Shown here piece after piece: positions 11,526 through 25,399 of a stretch of DNA of 64,000 nt (its first letter is position 1; each line of letters starts with the position of its first letter). The stretch comes from Octopus vulgaris (lineage: Eukaryota). The notes beneath the pieces are model-generated. The model was not told the DNA's origin. It ran no database searches and saw only the letters and a program-made list of their open reading frames with translations. Made by a program: the position numbers and the translations under genes. The stretch covers positions 91,574,001-91,638,000 of the forward strand of contig OX597821.1 of the NCBI GenBank assembly GCA_951406725.2, written 5' to 3'.

Positions 11526-12722
11526 GTCTGTATTATAACCTCAGCACCAAGCTTTATGTTGGCAACAGTATTCCAATGTAGCTCTCACTTGAAATTTTGT
11601 TCAGTGTTAGTAATTGTTGTTAGGAGAAAAATTTTTTCCTGGCCCTGAAGAAGTGTTGAAGTATTTGCTAAGATTACAATGCTTAGCTTAAATACCAAGG
11701 TAAAAGTCGTTTGCACATAATGGGTTTCACCAAGCTGACTTCACTGCATAAAAACAATAATCTTCCTGAGATTCATACAATAGAAACTAAATTTTAGAAT
11801 TGGTTCACTGCAAATGTTACAATTGCATAATTATTCTTATTCAGCTAAATCTCCAAGTCCATTGTAAAATCATATTTTCCTTTTCTTCTCCTCTGAATGA
11901 ATCTACCCAAAATATTAGCATTCATTTCTCCCGATAGCAACAAATGTATTTTCTTTTTATAAACTTCGTGTTTGCTTTTGTTTGAAAATGCAAAGATATC
12001 ATTAGATTATGGAGGTATGAATCACAATGATTTCTATATAGTTTATATATAAAAGAAATATCCTTTTTATTGATTTCAGTCACTGGATTTTGGTTGCACT
12101 AAGGCTCTGCTTCCAAGGGATTTCAAACAATCATATTCAGCCTGTTTCATATTTCACTCTGTTATTATTTTTATTGATCTCTTTTTGTTTACCCACTAAG
12201 TTATGGCATGCATGCAACATAAAAACAACAGAAAATTTTTAGGCTTAAGCAAATGTAAACAAGATGTAGACACTGACACACATCACACACACACACACAA
12301 AAAAAACCCAAATGTGTAATAACAAGTAAACTCAGCTCCTCCTTGCTCAAAGTTTCTCTGGAACAGACATATGTCTTCATTTTCAGTATCCATGTAACTG
12401 AAGGTGCAGAAGCATATCCGTTCCTATGAATTTATCGGTAAAGTGATGCTGAGTTAACTCATTATCAAATATTTACATCTCTAACTACATGTACTGAGTC
12501 ATATGTTATTTTCACTTATTTACCTACCTGTGTATTTTCATGTGTGCGTGTGTGTGTGTGTGTGTGTTATGTAGGTATGTGTGCACGTGTACATGTATGT
12601 TTATTGCACAAGCAGGATAGATAAAACTCAAAATACGGGCATATGGAGTAGTGTTTAAGAGCACAGGCTACTAACCCCAAGATTCCAAATTCGATTCCAG
12701 GCAGTGACCTGAATGATAATAA

Positions 12723-12809
<87 letters not shown>

Positions 12810-12856
12810 AAAATACCTTAGGAATGAGAACCCAGGTTTGAAATTTCCTCAAGACA

Positions 12857-13264
12857 TAGGTGTAGGAGTGGCTGTGTGATAAGTAGCTTGCTTACCAACC
12901 ATATGGTTCCGGATTCAGTCCCACTGCATGGCACCTTGGGCAAGTGTTTTCTAATATAGCCTCAAGCCAACCAAAGTCTTGTGAGTGGATTTTGTAGACG
13001 GAAAATGAAAGAAGCCCATCATATATATGTATGTGTGTGTATATGTTTGTGTATCTGTGTTTGTCCTCCTAACATCACTTGACAACCGATGCTGGTGTGT
13101 TTACGTCCCTGTAACCTAGCGGTTCAGCAAAAGAGACTAATAAATTAAGTACTAGGCTTTCAAAGAATAAGTCCTGGGGTCAATTTGTTCGACTAAAGGT
13201 GGTGCTCTAGCATGGCCACAGTCAAATGCCTGAAACAAGTAAAAGAATAAAAGAGTAAAAGAGT
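12857..13264 (+). mobile_element. SINE-A nested in SINE-D
   Basis: Full family structure; 6-bp TSD aagaca on both sides. Confidence 0.9.
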
Positions 13265-13266
13265 AA

Positions 13267-13312
13267 GACACCTGATGAAGGCTGGAGGGTACACCAGCTG
13301 AAACATTGTGTT
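13267..13312 (+). ncRNA. Minimal type I hammerhead-like motif
   Basis: GACAC-CTGATGA-A-GGCTGG(agggtaca)CCAGCT-GAAA-CATT-GTGTT; stems I and II pair; stem III reduced. Confidence 0.55.
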
Positions 13313-13682
13313 AACAACAAACAAGATGAGGACAAATATCCATCGAATGTAAATAATGTAAATAAGAGTATATATATGTTGTTTGCTTTTAATCAGCAGA
13401 TGTTCCAAAGAAGCTCCAGATTGGAGAGTTTCAAACATGTTTCATAACTGTTGTGCATGAAATTCTAAGCCCTTGTGTCCTTGTAGAGGTTTGCATTAGG
13501 AAGGGAGTCCAATCATCAAAACACTGCCAAACCAGACAGTTGATCTTGGTGTAGTCCTCAGGCTTGCTAGCTCCTGTCAAGCCATTCAACCCATGTCAGC
13601 ATGGGAGATGGATGTTAAATGGGATGGTGATGATGGTCGTGAAGGAATTGGAAAGTCAATTACATCGTCCCCAGTGCCTACT

Positions 13683-13895
13683 TTTTTACTCTTTTATTGT
13701 TTCAGTCATTTGACTGTGGCCTTGCTGGAACACCGGCTTAAAGTGCGTTAGTCAAAGAAACTGACCCCCGAGACATATTCTTTGTAAGCCTAGTACTTAT
13801 TCTATTGGTCTCTGCTGAACTGCTAAGTTATGGGGACATAAACACACCAGCATCGGTTGTCAAGCAATGGCAAACACAGACACACACATACAAAT
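13683..13895 (-). mobile_element. SINE-A 3' half
   Basis: Reverse complement of the 3' module only. Confidence 0.8.
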
Positions 13896-13940
13896 ATATA
13901 CATATAATATGCTGTACCCCTTTCACTTTTATATATACAT

Positions 13941-14352
13941 AGGCACAGGTGTGGCTGTGTGGTAAGTAGCTTGCTAACCAACCACATGGTTCCGGGTTCA
14001 GTCCCACTGCATGGCATCTTGGGCAAGTGTCTTCTGCTATAGCCTCGGGCCGACCAATGCCTTGTGAGTGGATTTGGTAGACGGAAATTGAAAGAAGCCT
14101 GGCGTATATATGTATATATATATGTGTGTGTGTGTGTGTGTTTGTGTGTCTGTGTTTGTCCCCCTAGCATTGCTTGACAACTGATGCTGGTGTGTTTACG
14201 TCCCCGTCACTTAGCGGTTCAGCAAAAGAGACCAATAGAATAAGTACTGGGCTTACAAAGAATAAGTCCCGGGGTCGATTTGCTCAACTAAAGATGGTAC
14301 TCCAGCATGGCCGCAGTCAAATGACTGAAACAAGTAAAAGAGTAAAAGTGTA
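13941..14352 (+). mobile_element. SINE-A
   Basis: Full family structure. Confidence 0.9.
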
Positions 14353-15254
14353 AAAGAGTATACAATGAGCTTCTTCTAGTTTCTGTCTACCAAATCTACT
14401 CACAAGGCTTTAGTCAGCTCAAAGTTATAGTAGAAGACACCTGCCCAATGTGCCATATAGTGGGATTGAACCCAGAACAGTACTTAATTGGTACTTTTTT
14501 TTATCAACTCTAAAAGGATGACTCGAACTCAGAATGTAAAGACAGATGAAATGTCACTAAGCATTTTGCCCAGCATGTTGACAATGCTGTCAGCTTTCCC
14601 ACCTTATAACTTGAAATAATAATGCAGTTACTAATCGGTTAGGTTAGCTAGGTTAAGAAAAGAGTAAATAAAAAGGGTGCAATTTCAGAAAGGGACAAAT
14701 TATTGTAGAAGTATTATAAACAAGGGTTCAAATGCAATTATAAGCAGTGGAGATGATAGAAGTCAGTGAAGTCACTGAAGTGATTGTAATGTTTAGATAT
14801 TGTTGTTCTTGTAGGTTTATTTCCATCTTAGTTCTGATCAAGCACATTTATTATAAGAAAGGTATTCTAACCTCCCCCATCTTGTCTTCTTTTTTGTTCT
14901 GTATTTTTTGTGTTTGTTTGTTTTTTTTCAGAAATAATGTATTTTGATTTACATTATCCCATATATCCATAATTTTTTTTTTATAGTATGTTTGGTTGTG
15001 ATTTGAAGGAGGTTCAATATGTTTCTATATCTGGCAGGTCAAGCAGTAGCATGTGGTTCTATTGTTGTCTTGTGAAAAATGTGGAAATTAATTCACAGAT
15101 TAATTTGTCATCTTTGTGCAGAAACCATTCTTATAATCTTATCCTTACCATTCCAATTTTAGAATATCTACTGCTGAAGCTTAAAGATTTGTATAGAATT
15201 AGTCAAGAGGAGATATACATTCAGCACACATTTATAGGAACTCAAAATATTTTT

Positions 15255-15294
<40 letters not shown>

Positions 15295-15870
15295 CAGCAG
15301 TAGTAGTTATAAAAAAAGATAGGGAAAAGAAACAGTTCAATAGAGGGTAGATATATTTCAATGTTGATGACTGAAGAATAACAACAAAAAAAAATACTAT
15401 AACAAGCCTCTAATTCTTATATATTGTATCTTATTTTAAATGCTCTAAATTTTGTCATGAATTCCCTCAATACAACTTATTTATATATTTATGTATTCTT
15501 AGTATTGTATATCACATTTACTGGTCAACAGCATTGTTGGTTATAAGTTTCCAGTGATCAGCCACTGGGTAACTGCATTTATGACAATAAGAGTCGCTAA
15601 GGGGTTGCTATGGGCAACATCAGCTGGACAAGTACAGCACAGGATATTTATTCTTTAAAAGCATTAGTTTTCTGATTTCTCATCAATGTTTACTTCTGCC
15701 ACTGATATACACCAACATTATGCATAAACACTCATACATACGCACACATGTATACCTTCATATGCATACACATATGTATATGACAGGCTTTTGCAAATTT
15801 TGTCTATCAAATTCCAACACTATATATAAGATTGAAACGAGAATCATATGGTTGTAAAGGAAATTTTTCA

Positions 15871-16260
15871 TAGGCACAGGCGTAGCTGTGTGGTAAGAAG
15901 CTTGCTTCTCAACCACATGGTTCTGGTTTTAGTCCCACTGCATGACACTTTGGGCAAGTGTCTTCTGCTATAGCCACGGGCCAACCAAAGCCTTTGAGTG
16001 GATTTGGTAGACAGAAACTGAAAGAAGCCTGTCGTATATATGTATATGCTTGTGTGCCTCTGTTTGTCCACCCACCCCCAACTACCATCATTTGACAACT
16101 GATGTTGGTGTGTTTATGTCCCTGTAACTTAATGGTTCAGCAAAAGGAGACGGATAGAATAAGTACTAGGCATACAAAAAAATAAGTCCTGTGGTCAATT
16201 TGTTCGACTAAAGGCAGTGCTCCAGCATGGCTGCAGTCAAATGACTGAAACAAGTAAAAG
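15871..16260 (+). mobile_element. SINE-A
   Basis: Full family structure, somewhat diverged. Confidence 0.85.
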
Positions 16261-16369
16261 CATGCAGCCAGACTTTTTATTAGCTTTACTTTCCTGCTCA
16301 TTCAATGTGGTAAGACATTTTCATCAATGAGGCCAAACTCATAATAATCTTTTCCTCTATAGGTATGAG

Positions 16370-16757
16370 GCCTGACATTCTGGGAGAGGGGTTTTAGTTG
16401 ATTACCTCAGCTACAGTGTTCAACTGGCACTTCTTTAATCAACTCCAAAAGGATGAAAGACAAAGTCGACCTCAACAGAAGTTGAACTCTGAGTGTAGAG
16501 ATGGACGAAATTATATGTAGTGAAATATATATATTTCTTTACCACCCACAAGGGCTAAACACAGAGGGGACAAGCAAGGACAGACAAACGGATTAAGTCC
16601 ATTACATCGATCCCAGTGCGTAACTGGTACTTAATTTATCAACCCTGAAAGGATGGAAAGGCAAAGTCAACCTCGGCGGAATTTGAACCCAGAACGTAAC
16701 GGCAGACGAAATACGGCTACGCATTTCGCCCGGCGTACTAACGTTTCTGCCAGCTAG
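16370..16757 (-). mobile_element. SINE-B (16534-16757) followed by a degenerate tail-2 SINE-B
   Basis: Reverse complement of 9279-9509 family. Confidence 0.8.
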
Positions 16758-17417
16758 ACAGCACAAGGATGACAGAATAAATACAAGATCTGTACATTTA
16801 CTACGTCAAAATATATTTTATTCTTTTTTCAATGATGATACATGGAATTAAATTGTAGAAGCTAGTTGAAGAAATATTTTGTGAGAAAGTTCTGAGATAG
16901 GAAACGTAGAACAACAGCAAAGTTGTGGATCTTAGTCGTATCAGTTATTGGGCATAGAGAAATACACACATGGCAACGATGTGAATGGTTCTAAGTCTAA
17001 TTGACTGAGAAGCAAAAAGCTGGGTTAGCAAGCTGGTTTTATAAATGGAAAGCTAGACATTCTAGAAACTTCTAAGAGAAATGCCATGCTTCTTGAATAA
17101 TTAATAACTATGTCTCATGACATTGATGCTTCGAGAAGCTTAGAAAAGGGAGGTTACTCTATGATCTTTCTTACAAGGGAGTTCATTCAACTATCTAGCT
17201 ATCTACACAGTTACAGGCACTAAAGATTTTGTCCAGTGTGTTAACAATGCTGCCAGCTCACCACATTTGCCAGCTTCATACTAAAGACTTTACTATGTAT
17301 ATTTTTCATAATCTTAATTCACTCTGATTATTTTAATAACAGAAATTAGTAAAGAGAATAAATGTAGCCAATGACCATCCACCCTTATGCTTCTCTTAAT
17401 ATGTATAGTCAGCCAAA

Positions 17418-17630
17418 GGCGGCAAGCTGGCAGAATCGTTAGCATGCTGAGCAAAATGCTTAGTGGCATTTCATCTGTCTGCACGTTCTGGGTTCAAATT
17501 CCATCAAGGTCAACTTTACCTTTAATCCTTTTGGGTTCAATAAATTAATTACCAGTTGAACACTGGGGTAAATGTAATTGACTATAACCCTTCCCCCCAA
17601 ATTCCTGGCATTGTGCCAAAATTTGAAACC
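17418..17630 (+). mobile_element. SINE-B, tail type 2
   Basis: ggcggcaagctggcagaatcgttagc head; tail cccttccccccaaattcctggcattgtgcc. Confidence 0.8.
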
Positions 17631-18729
17631 AATATGTATAGTCTGCTTAGTAGGCAGTTTTCCTTTGATTTTGCTTCTGGTTTATTTTGGAAGATGGAAT
17701 GACTACTAAAAGAGCAAAATTTTAACATTTTTCCATGTTACACTTTTCTGAATGTTTCATATTTGCAGTCAACAAGTAATTTTCTATTTTTTACATTTAT
17801 ATATATTTTTTTTTTTGGTTGGAATATTAGCTTAATTAAAAGATAATAATAAAATTTAAGAATTCTAATGTGTTCTTAATTCTTCACAAATAATATAACT
17901 TGCTTTAGTTTGTATCTGTGAAATATAATTGGTTTGATATTGTTAGACTTCTTAAAGATGACTTCCTTTTTTCATATTGTCTGAAAAATTGTTTCAGCAT
18001 TTATTTTTTAGATATATTTCTTCACACACACACACACACACATGTATGTGTGTGTGTGTGTGTGTGTTTGTGTATGTATGTATGTATATGTATATATTTC
18101 AGTGTTGTCTCATGTCTTATATTGTGTGAGGGATTTTGTATTTTTGCTTTTAAATTTAATCACATTAGTTTAAGTACATTTTTTTTATGGTAGTATTTAT
18201 AATTCATGTTTTTCATAGAATTTAATTTCTTTTATTTCGGAATCAAAGATTTTATTAAATTATTTTTAGATAATTGTATTTTGTTAATATAGTAATATCT
18301 ACATTGTTTTCCTATTTTATTTTTCTATTTTCTTTCGAAATATTTTTATGTTTGATGTTGACTAACACTTTATAACAATATATTCTGTAGCTGTAAGTTC
18401 TTAGCAAGCTGATGCAAGGTTCATTTTCAGTTTCATTTTAGATACAGTTTTCCATTGACTGGTGAAGGCTTTGGGTTCGACCCTTCTTTTAGTCTGGACC
18501 ATTAAACAAACGATTCAGTTTATCTCTGCCATTAGAACCTTTTATACATGTATGTGTGTATATGTATTTGTATGCATGTATGTGTGTGTGTCTAAAAGGT
18601 ATGCATGTATGTATATAAGTATGTATGCTTGTATGTATGTATGAATGTATCAGTGGCAGCTTATGCATAGGCACTGCAGAACTTCAGCACCCCTATTTCC
18701 ACTCGATATTATCGATAACATTAAATAAT

Positions 18730-18895
18730 AGGCGCAGGAGTGGCTGTGTGGTAAGTAGCTTGCTAACCAGCCACATGGTTCCGGGTTCAGTCCCACTGTG
18801 AGGCATCTTGGGCAAGTGTCTTCTGCTATAGCCCCGGGCCGACCAATGCCTTGTGAGTGGATTTGGTAGACGGAAAATGAAAGAAGCCTGTCGTA

Positions 18896-18952
<57 letters not shown>

Positions 18953-19142
18953 TTGTCCCCCTAGCATTGTTTGACAACCGATGCTGGTGTGTTTACTTCC
19001 CCGTCACTTAGCGGTTCGGCAAAAGAGACCGATAGAATAAGTATTGGGCTTACAAAGAATAAGTCCCGGGGTTGATTTGCTTGACTAAAGGCAGTACTCC
19101 AGCATGGCCGCAGTCAAATGACTGAAACATGTAAAAGAGTAT
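18730..19142 (+). mobile_element. SINE-A
   Basis: Full family structure. Confidence 0.9.
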
Positions 19143-20207
19143 AATGAGTCCTTTTTCTTTAAATCTTTCTTTATACTTGTATATTATATAAGCTTAATGT
19201 CAGTAGCCATTCCCTAGTTTATGAAAATATACAAAAGTCCTTGTATAGAACTGTGCACTTCACAGTTCCAGCAACACGCTGTTTGGCTGTTGTGCACATG
19301 CTCACATGTCCGAGATAGGAAGCTTCACATTAGGGAGAGAGAGCACTGTCGCTCATGCAGTGCCAACCCTTGTGTGTTGATGAAAGGTAGTGTTTCTTTT
19401 TAATTCTTTGTATGTTGTGCTTAAAAGCATGTTTATATTCTTGAATGTGATAAAGTGTAGAATTAGATTATTATCCTGCTTCCAGCTTCAGTGTAGCTGT
19501 CAGGATTTGAAAAATAGCACAGATTTTTCCATCCCTTATTTTGTGATTTAGGGGGAATATTTGAAAAACAAGGGGGAATTCACAGTGGCGTTCAGTGAAC
19601 AACTTAAACAGACTACCCGGCAGTGGCTAAAACACAAAGCAGTCAAGTTTATGCATAAATTTACTTTTTATGTTTGTTTCCTTTTACACAATGAAACAAT
19701 GGCTAAAAATTTTCTGAAACAGCACCCCAACTAATTTTATCTACAAGCCGCTACTGGTAAGTATGTCATTGTTCAAGATTTCTTACCAATAGAAAAAGAG
19801 CCAGTTTATCACCAAGATCCAAGGATCTTTCATTGGAATTTCAACAACATCAACAGGATGTTTTTGTATGTGTGTATATGTGCAGATTTGTATGTTTTGT
19901 TTTATGTATGTATTCTCATGTGTATAGCTACATGTCTATATAAATCCTTAAAAATGTTTTAGCCCGAAGGCCATGGCCATGCTGGAGCACCACCGCTATT
20001 ATATATACTCAAATGATAAACTTCTGGAAAATTTTACAGATTTTTACAGTCCCAGTGATGGCATAGTCCTGTAACTTTCTCCTTTCTAATTTTGAGAAGC
20101 CTAATTTCTCAAGATTGGTATTTTGGTAGTATGTTACCTATCCCAGTGCCCCAATAATTACAGGTATAAACATGAACTTGTAATCTAGATGTATGCATGT
20201 ATATGTG

Positions 20208-20592
20208 TGGAAGCACTCCGTCGGTTACGATGATTAGGTTCTGGTTGATCCGAATCAACGGAACAGCCTGCTCGTGAGATTAACGTGTAAGTGGCTGAGC
20301 ACTCCACAGACATGTGTACCCTTAACGTAGTTCTCGGGGATATTCAGTGTGACACAGAGAGTGACAACGCCGGCCCTTTGAAATACAGGTACAACAGAGA
20401 CAGGAAGTAAGAGTGAGAGAAAGTTGTGGTGAAAGAGTACAGCAGGGATCACCACCACCCCCTGCCGGAGCCTCGTGGATCTTTTAGGTGTTTTCGCTCA
20501 ATAAACACTCACAACGCCCGGTCTGGGAATCGAAACCGCGATCCTATGACCGCGAGTCCGCTGCCCTAACCACTGGGCCATTGTGCCTCCAC
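20208..20592 (-). mobile_element. SINE-C (tRNA-derived), tail type 1
   Basis: Minus head ggcacaatggcccagtggttagggcagcggactcgcggtc...ggtttcgattccc with A and B boxes. Confidence 0.85.
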
Positions 20593-23500
20593 ACTCTCTG
20601 CATTAGGAATGCAGTGAACCAGTGATAATTCGGTCAGAAACTTGTACCTAATGGTGCTACTTTTCACAAAGCGCAGGCTTAAGGTTGAGTGTTTAGGGCT
20701 TTGAGCTTACAATGAGATGGTCATAGGTTTGGTTCCCAGACTGGGTGATGTATTGAGTTCTTGTACAAATCATATCAGACACACATTCATAGATTGATGG
20801 ATTTATAAATATTATCCAGCAAAATATAAGAAATGAATAGGAATGTATTGCCAAAATAGATGGATTGTTAACCCTAGATTATTAACCCATTGCTGATATC
20901 TCCTCTAATCAGTAATGATTGGAGCCATGACCATCCCATCGTATTTCCAGCTATAAAGCATCTAGAACCACGTTACTGTATAAGTATTATTCCATTGCTG
21001 TCATTTTTATTGTTTTGTAACCACTCTGTCCTGTCCCTTCTCCCCAAACACCAGCACTTTGGAATCTTCTTCTTGGTTGTATCTTTCCTACAGTTGTTGA
21101 TCTGCAACAGTTTTAACAAGACATTAATGGCATCATCCTCACTGATCTTGGATGAACTATATGGACATGGGTACTGCCTCTTCCTTCAGACTCAGAATGC
21201 AAAAATAATTCTTTTCAATTTTGGTACAAGGCCAGTAGTTTAAGGAAAGGGTGCCAGTTGATCACATCAACCCAAATATTTAACAGATACTTTATTTTAT
21301 CAACCTTGAAAAGATAAAGGACCATGTCAACCCAGGTGGTGTTTGAGCTCAAGAACATAGAGTCAGACGAAATGCCATTAAGCATCATGTCTGGTATTTT
21401 TTTCTCCAAGCTCATCACCTTTCAATATGTAAAAATAATAAACCTTGAATTAATATGACTTGAAAGATATTTGACTGCTATTTCAAGAAAATTAGTAACT
21501 ATATAGAGTCCCTTTCACTGGCTCATGGTTCGTGTTCCTTGACTAGGTTTAAATCCCAAAACCTTTATTTCTTATGCACTTATCACCAATGTTGAAATAA
21601 TGCTGGACAACTACTTTTTCAACTCTGGGATTATTTAATGCCTTTCAGTAAAAGCAGTCATAATTTTCTAAAGTTTATGTCGTGTTGACAGAGTGGCTTC
21701 TTAAAACTCCGTGCATTGCCTCATTGACTTCTTTTAGTTTCTGCTGGGCCTCTTAGGCTACAATAGAAATCTTGTTTCATAGTGATTTCCACTTCCATGT
21801 TATGCATGTCCTACTATTTCTTATAGAGATTTATGAGATTCTTTTGTTCTGATGTTAAAGAGCCCTTATTCTTCTCTTCCACAATTCTCTATTAGTGATG
21901 AATGCAATTCTGACTCAAGAGATGCGTAGCTTAAAGAATTACGCTGCTGGTGAGTGGTTAATTCTCATGTTCAAACCTCTCCAGGGCTATTGTATTCTTC
22001 TCTACTTAAGCGAGACACTTTATTGCTCTGTTTGGCACAGTCTTGCAAGCTGGCAACATGTACCACCACTTCTACTTCACAGTGAAGTAGTTAGCAGTAG
22101 GAATGCTACCCAGTGGTAAACAATGGGTACTTTAATAATATGTATCAACATTTACTACAGCTCCATCCCACACAGGCCAGCAAGGACAAAATTAATTGAA
22201 AACAGTTTAAACTGAAACAGAAAACCATTCATTTTACTTTTCGTTTGGTTTTTTTTTTTAAATTCTTCCATTTTTTTAAAATCAATCTTTTCATTAACAA
22301 ATCTCAACAAAAGTAATTTAACATTAAAAGTGGTTCTAAATGTGTGTTAATTGAAAAATACAGCCATGACATTAAAATGTGTGACAGGGATGGAGAGAGA
22401 GAAAGAGAGAGGAAGGTGGCTGGAATGTGATGGTAGAGAGAAAAGCAATTCTTTTCTTTCACACATCAAAAATACCACTTTTATTTTTAAATGAAAACAA
22501 AGAGAAAGAAAATGTTTAGTTTATAAATGCAATATAATCCTGATTGGAAATTGGTTTTATTCCCAACATCACATGGTTCCTGTTTGTTTTATGGCTTTTA
22601 TGTTCCTGTCTATTTTGTTTATCGCTACATATTTTTTTGTTGCTATTTTTTGTTGGTTTATATAAACTCTTGTTTTGTTTTGTTTGTTGTTTTTTTTCTA
22701 ATTTTTCCATGTATGAGGGATAGCAGAATCAGTGGAACACCAACCAAAAGTGCTATGCATGTCGTTAGTTACGTGTTTTTTACATTCTGAGATCAAATTT
22801 TGGTAGGGTGGTTCACTTTGATTTTCATCTCTCTAGAGTCATTAAGCGTTGCCTTGTGCTTAAGTCAGAAATTGTTGTGATGCCACATTCTTCAACAAAT
22901 GATGTGTCACATGGTAGGTGAGGTATTTTTATGGCCCAAACCAACATCATCATCATCTTCTCATCGTTGTTGCTCTTGCTCTCATCATTGTTATAAGGAG
23001 TAGTGGAATGGCAGAATTGTGAGAGCATCAGGCAAAAATGCCATATTTGCAGCATTTGGTGAGAGTTTTTGAAACCAGTGGGACTTCAGTTCAAATCTCA
23101 CTATGATCACACCTACCTTTCAGACGTCTACAAATGATAAAATATCAGTCATGTTCTGGGGTCAACTTAATTGGCTAAACACTTCCTCCACAACCTCAGA
23201 TTTTGTGATTACATTAGAAACAATTATAATTATCATCAGTCACATTCCTCTTCAGTTAAAACCTCAACAACATTTTTTAAAGGTTTTTTAATAGTAGAGT
23301 AATGTATTAAATGCAATTAAGAAATTAGTTTCAATCCATTATGACATGAGTTCAAATGACACTAAGGTCTTTTTCATTTTCCCTCTTTATCACTTTATCT
23401 TTTATCCTTTAACTTTTAATTGTTTCAGTCATTAGACTGTGGCTATGCTGGGGCACCACTTTGAAGAACTTTTAGGCAAGTGAATTTAGATACATTATTT

Positions 23501-23751
23501 TCTTATTTTAAGCATGTTACTTATTCTATCAATGCCTTTTGCTGAACTGCTATGTCATGGGGGCAGAAATGACCAATACCAATTGTCAAGCAGTGTGAGG
23601 ATACAAACACAAGCACAAAGGTATTCACGTGCGGATATATATATGATGCATGCATATATATATATATATACACATATAATATATACATACACATATAAAT
23701 ATATATATATATATATACACACACACATATATATATAATATATACATACAT

Positions 23752-23918
23752 CATCATCATCATTTAGCGTCCGCTTTCCATGCTAGCAACTGGGGTCTGT
23801 GAAGCCAGAAGGCTGCATCAGGCCCAGTCAGATCTGGCAGTGTTTCTACGGCTGGATGCCCTTCCTAACGCCAACCACTCTGTGAGTGTAGTGGGTGCTT
23901 TTTACGTGCCACCTGCAC
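23752..23918 (-). mobile_element. RTE 3' tail fragment (one partial repeat unit)
   Basis: Same tail as 5925 and 34583. Confidence 0.8.
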
Positions 23919-24021
23919 ATATATATACATATATATATATAATATAAATACACACACATATATATATACATATATATATAGGTATACATATACATATATA
24001 CATGTAAATACACACACATAT

Positions 24022-24065
<44 letters not shown>

Positions 24066-24716
24066 ACACACAGTGGGATTGAACCTGAAACCACGTAGTT
24101 GGGAAGCAAGCTTTTTACCACACAGCCACACCTGTATATATTTTGCTGAAATTTCTAGCATTTCGATTTTACTTAGGAAAATAATTTCGATTTTAGATGG
24201 ATATCTCCTTACTCAAAACATCCATAGGGAGACGTATTTCCTAGTTAATTACATAGATAATCTAAGTTAATGAAGTTTTTCAACTTACTATGTGTATTTA
24301 ATATGCAATATGTTTTGCTTAGGTATTTTTCTTCAGCTTTATTGTTAATATTCATAAACTGCATCCCTACATTTCCTCTGTTTTTATATATAATGGTCAC
24401 TTCTAAGACTTGTGTAGTAAATAGAAAAGGCTTTATTGAAGAGGTCATATAAGACTGAAATAGGTTGGTTGTGTTTTCCAGTTACCTTTAAAATCAAGAT
24501 CCACTACTATAATCTATAATGATCATCTTTTTTCATCATCATCATCATCATCATTTTAATGCCCAATTTCTGATGCTTGCATAAATCAGAGAGAAATACT
24601 TGTGGCAGATATTTTTATACCAGAATACCCTTCCAGTTAGCAACCTTATGTGTTTGTAGGCAAGAAAATATTTCCCTATGACTGGATGTGTTTTTCATGG
24701 AAGATTTGAAATAAAT

Positions 24717-25118
24717 AGGCGCAGGAGTGGCTGTGTGTTAAGTAGCTTGTTTACCGACCACATGGTTCCGGGTTCAGTCCCACTTCGTGGCACCTTGGGC
24801 AAGTGTCTTCTACTATAACCTCGGGCCGACCAAAGCCTTGTGAGTGGATTTGGCAGACAGAAACTGAAAGAAGCCTGTCGTATATATATATGTATGTATG
24901 TGTATGTGTGTGTGTGTCTGTGTTTGTCCCCACAACATCGCTTGACAACCGATGCTGCTGTGTTTGCATCCCCATAACTTAGCGGTTTGACAAAAGAGAC
25001 CGATAGAATAAGTACTAGCCTTACAAAGAATAAGTCCTGGGGTCAATTTGCTTGACTAAAGGTGATGCTCTAGCATGGCCGCAGTCAAATGACTGAAACA
25101 AGTAAAAGAATAAAAGAA
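24717..25118 (+). mobile_element. SINE-A
   Basis: Full family structure. Confidence 0.9.
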
Positions 25119-25399
25119 TATATATATATCATCATCATCATCATCACTGTAACATTTACTGTTGTATGCTTGCAAGAGTCAGATGAAGTTTATTGAGTCA
25201 GATTATCAATAGCCAGATCAGATGCCCTTCTTCCTGTTAATCCTTACCTTCTTCCAATCAAAGCAATATTTCTCTTTACTCATTTATGCCTTCACAGAAT
25301 ATTGCAAACACTCACTTACACACAAACACACACACATACACACATGTATGTATGTATATGCATATATATGTGTATATGTATGAATGTATCTATTTATAT

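Larger units (their letters stand above)
12637..13365 (+). mobile_element. tRNA-headed SINE with internal (AAT)n and hammerhead-bearing tail (SINE-D), interrupted by SINE-A
   Basis: A-box-like TGGAGTAGTGT (12644), B-box-like AATTCGATTCC (12688), (AAT)n 12714-12808, body to aagaca (12851-12856) resuming at aagaca (13265-13270), then hammerhead motif. Confidence 0.6.

Noticed and set aside
14988-15350. 120-aa ORF
   Set aside because: No recognisable domain, ends in a (GTA)n microsatellite; may be antisense to a decayed retroelement
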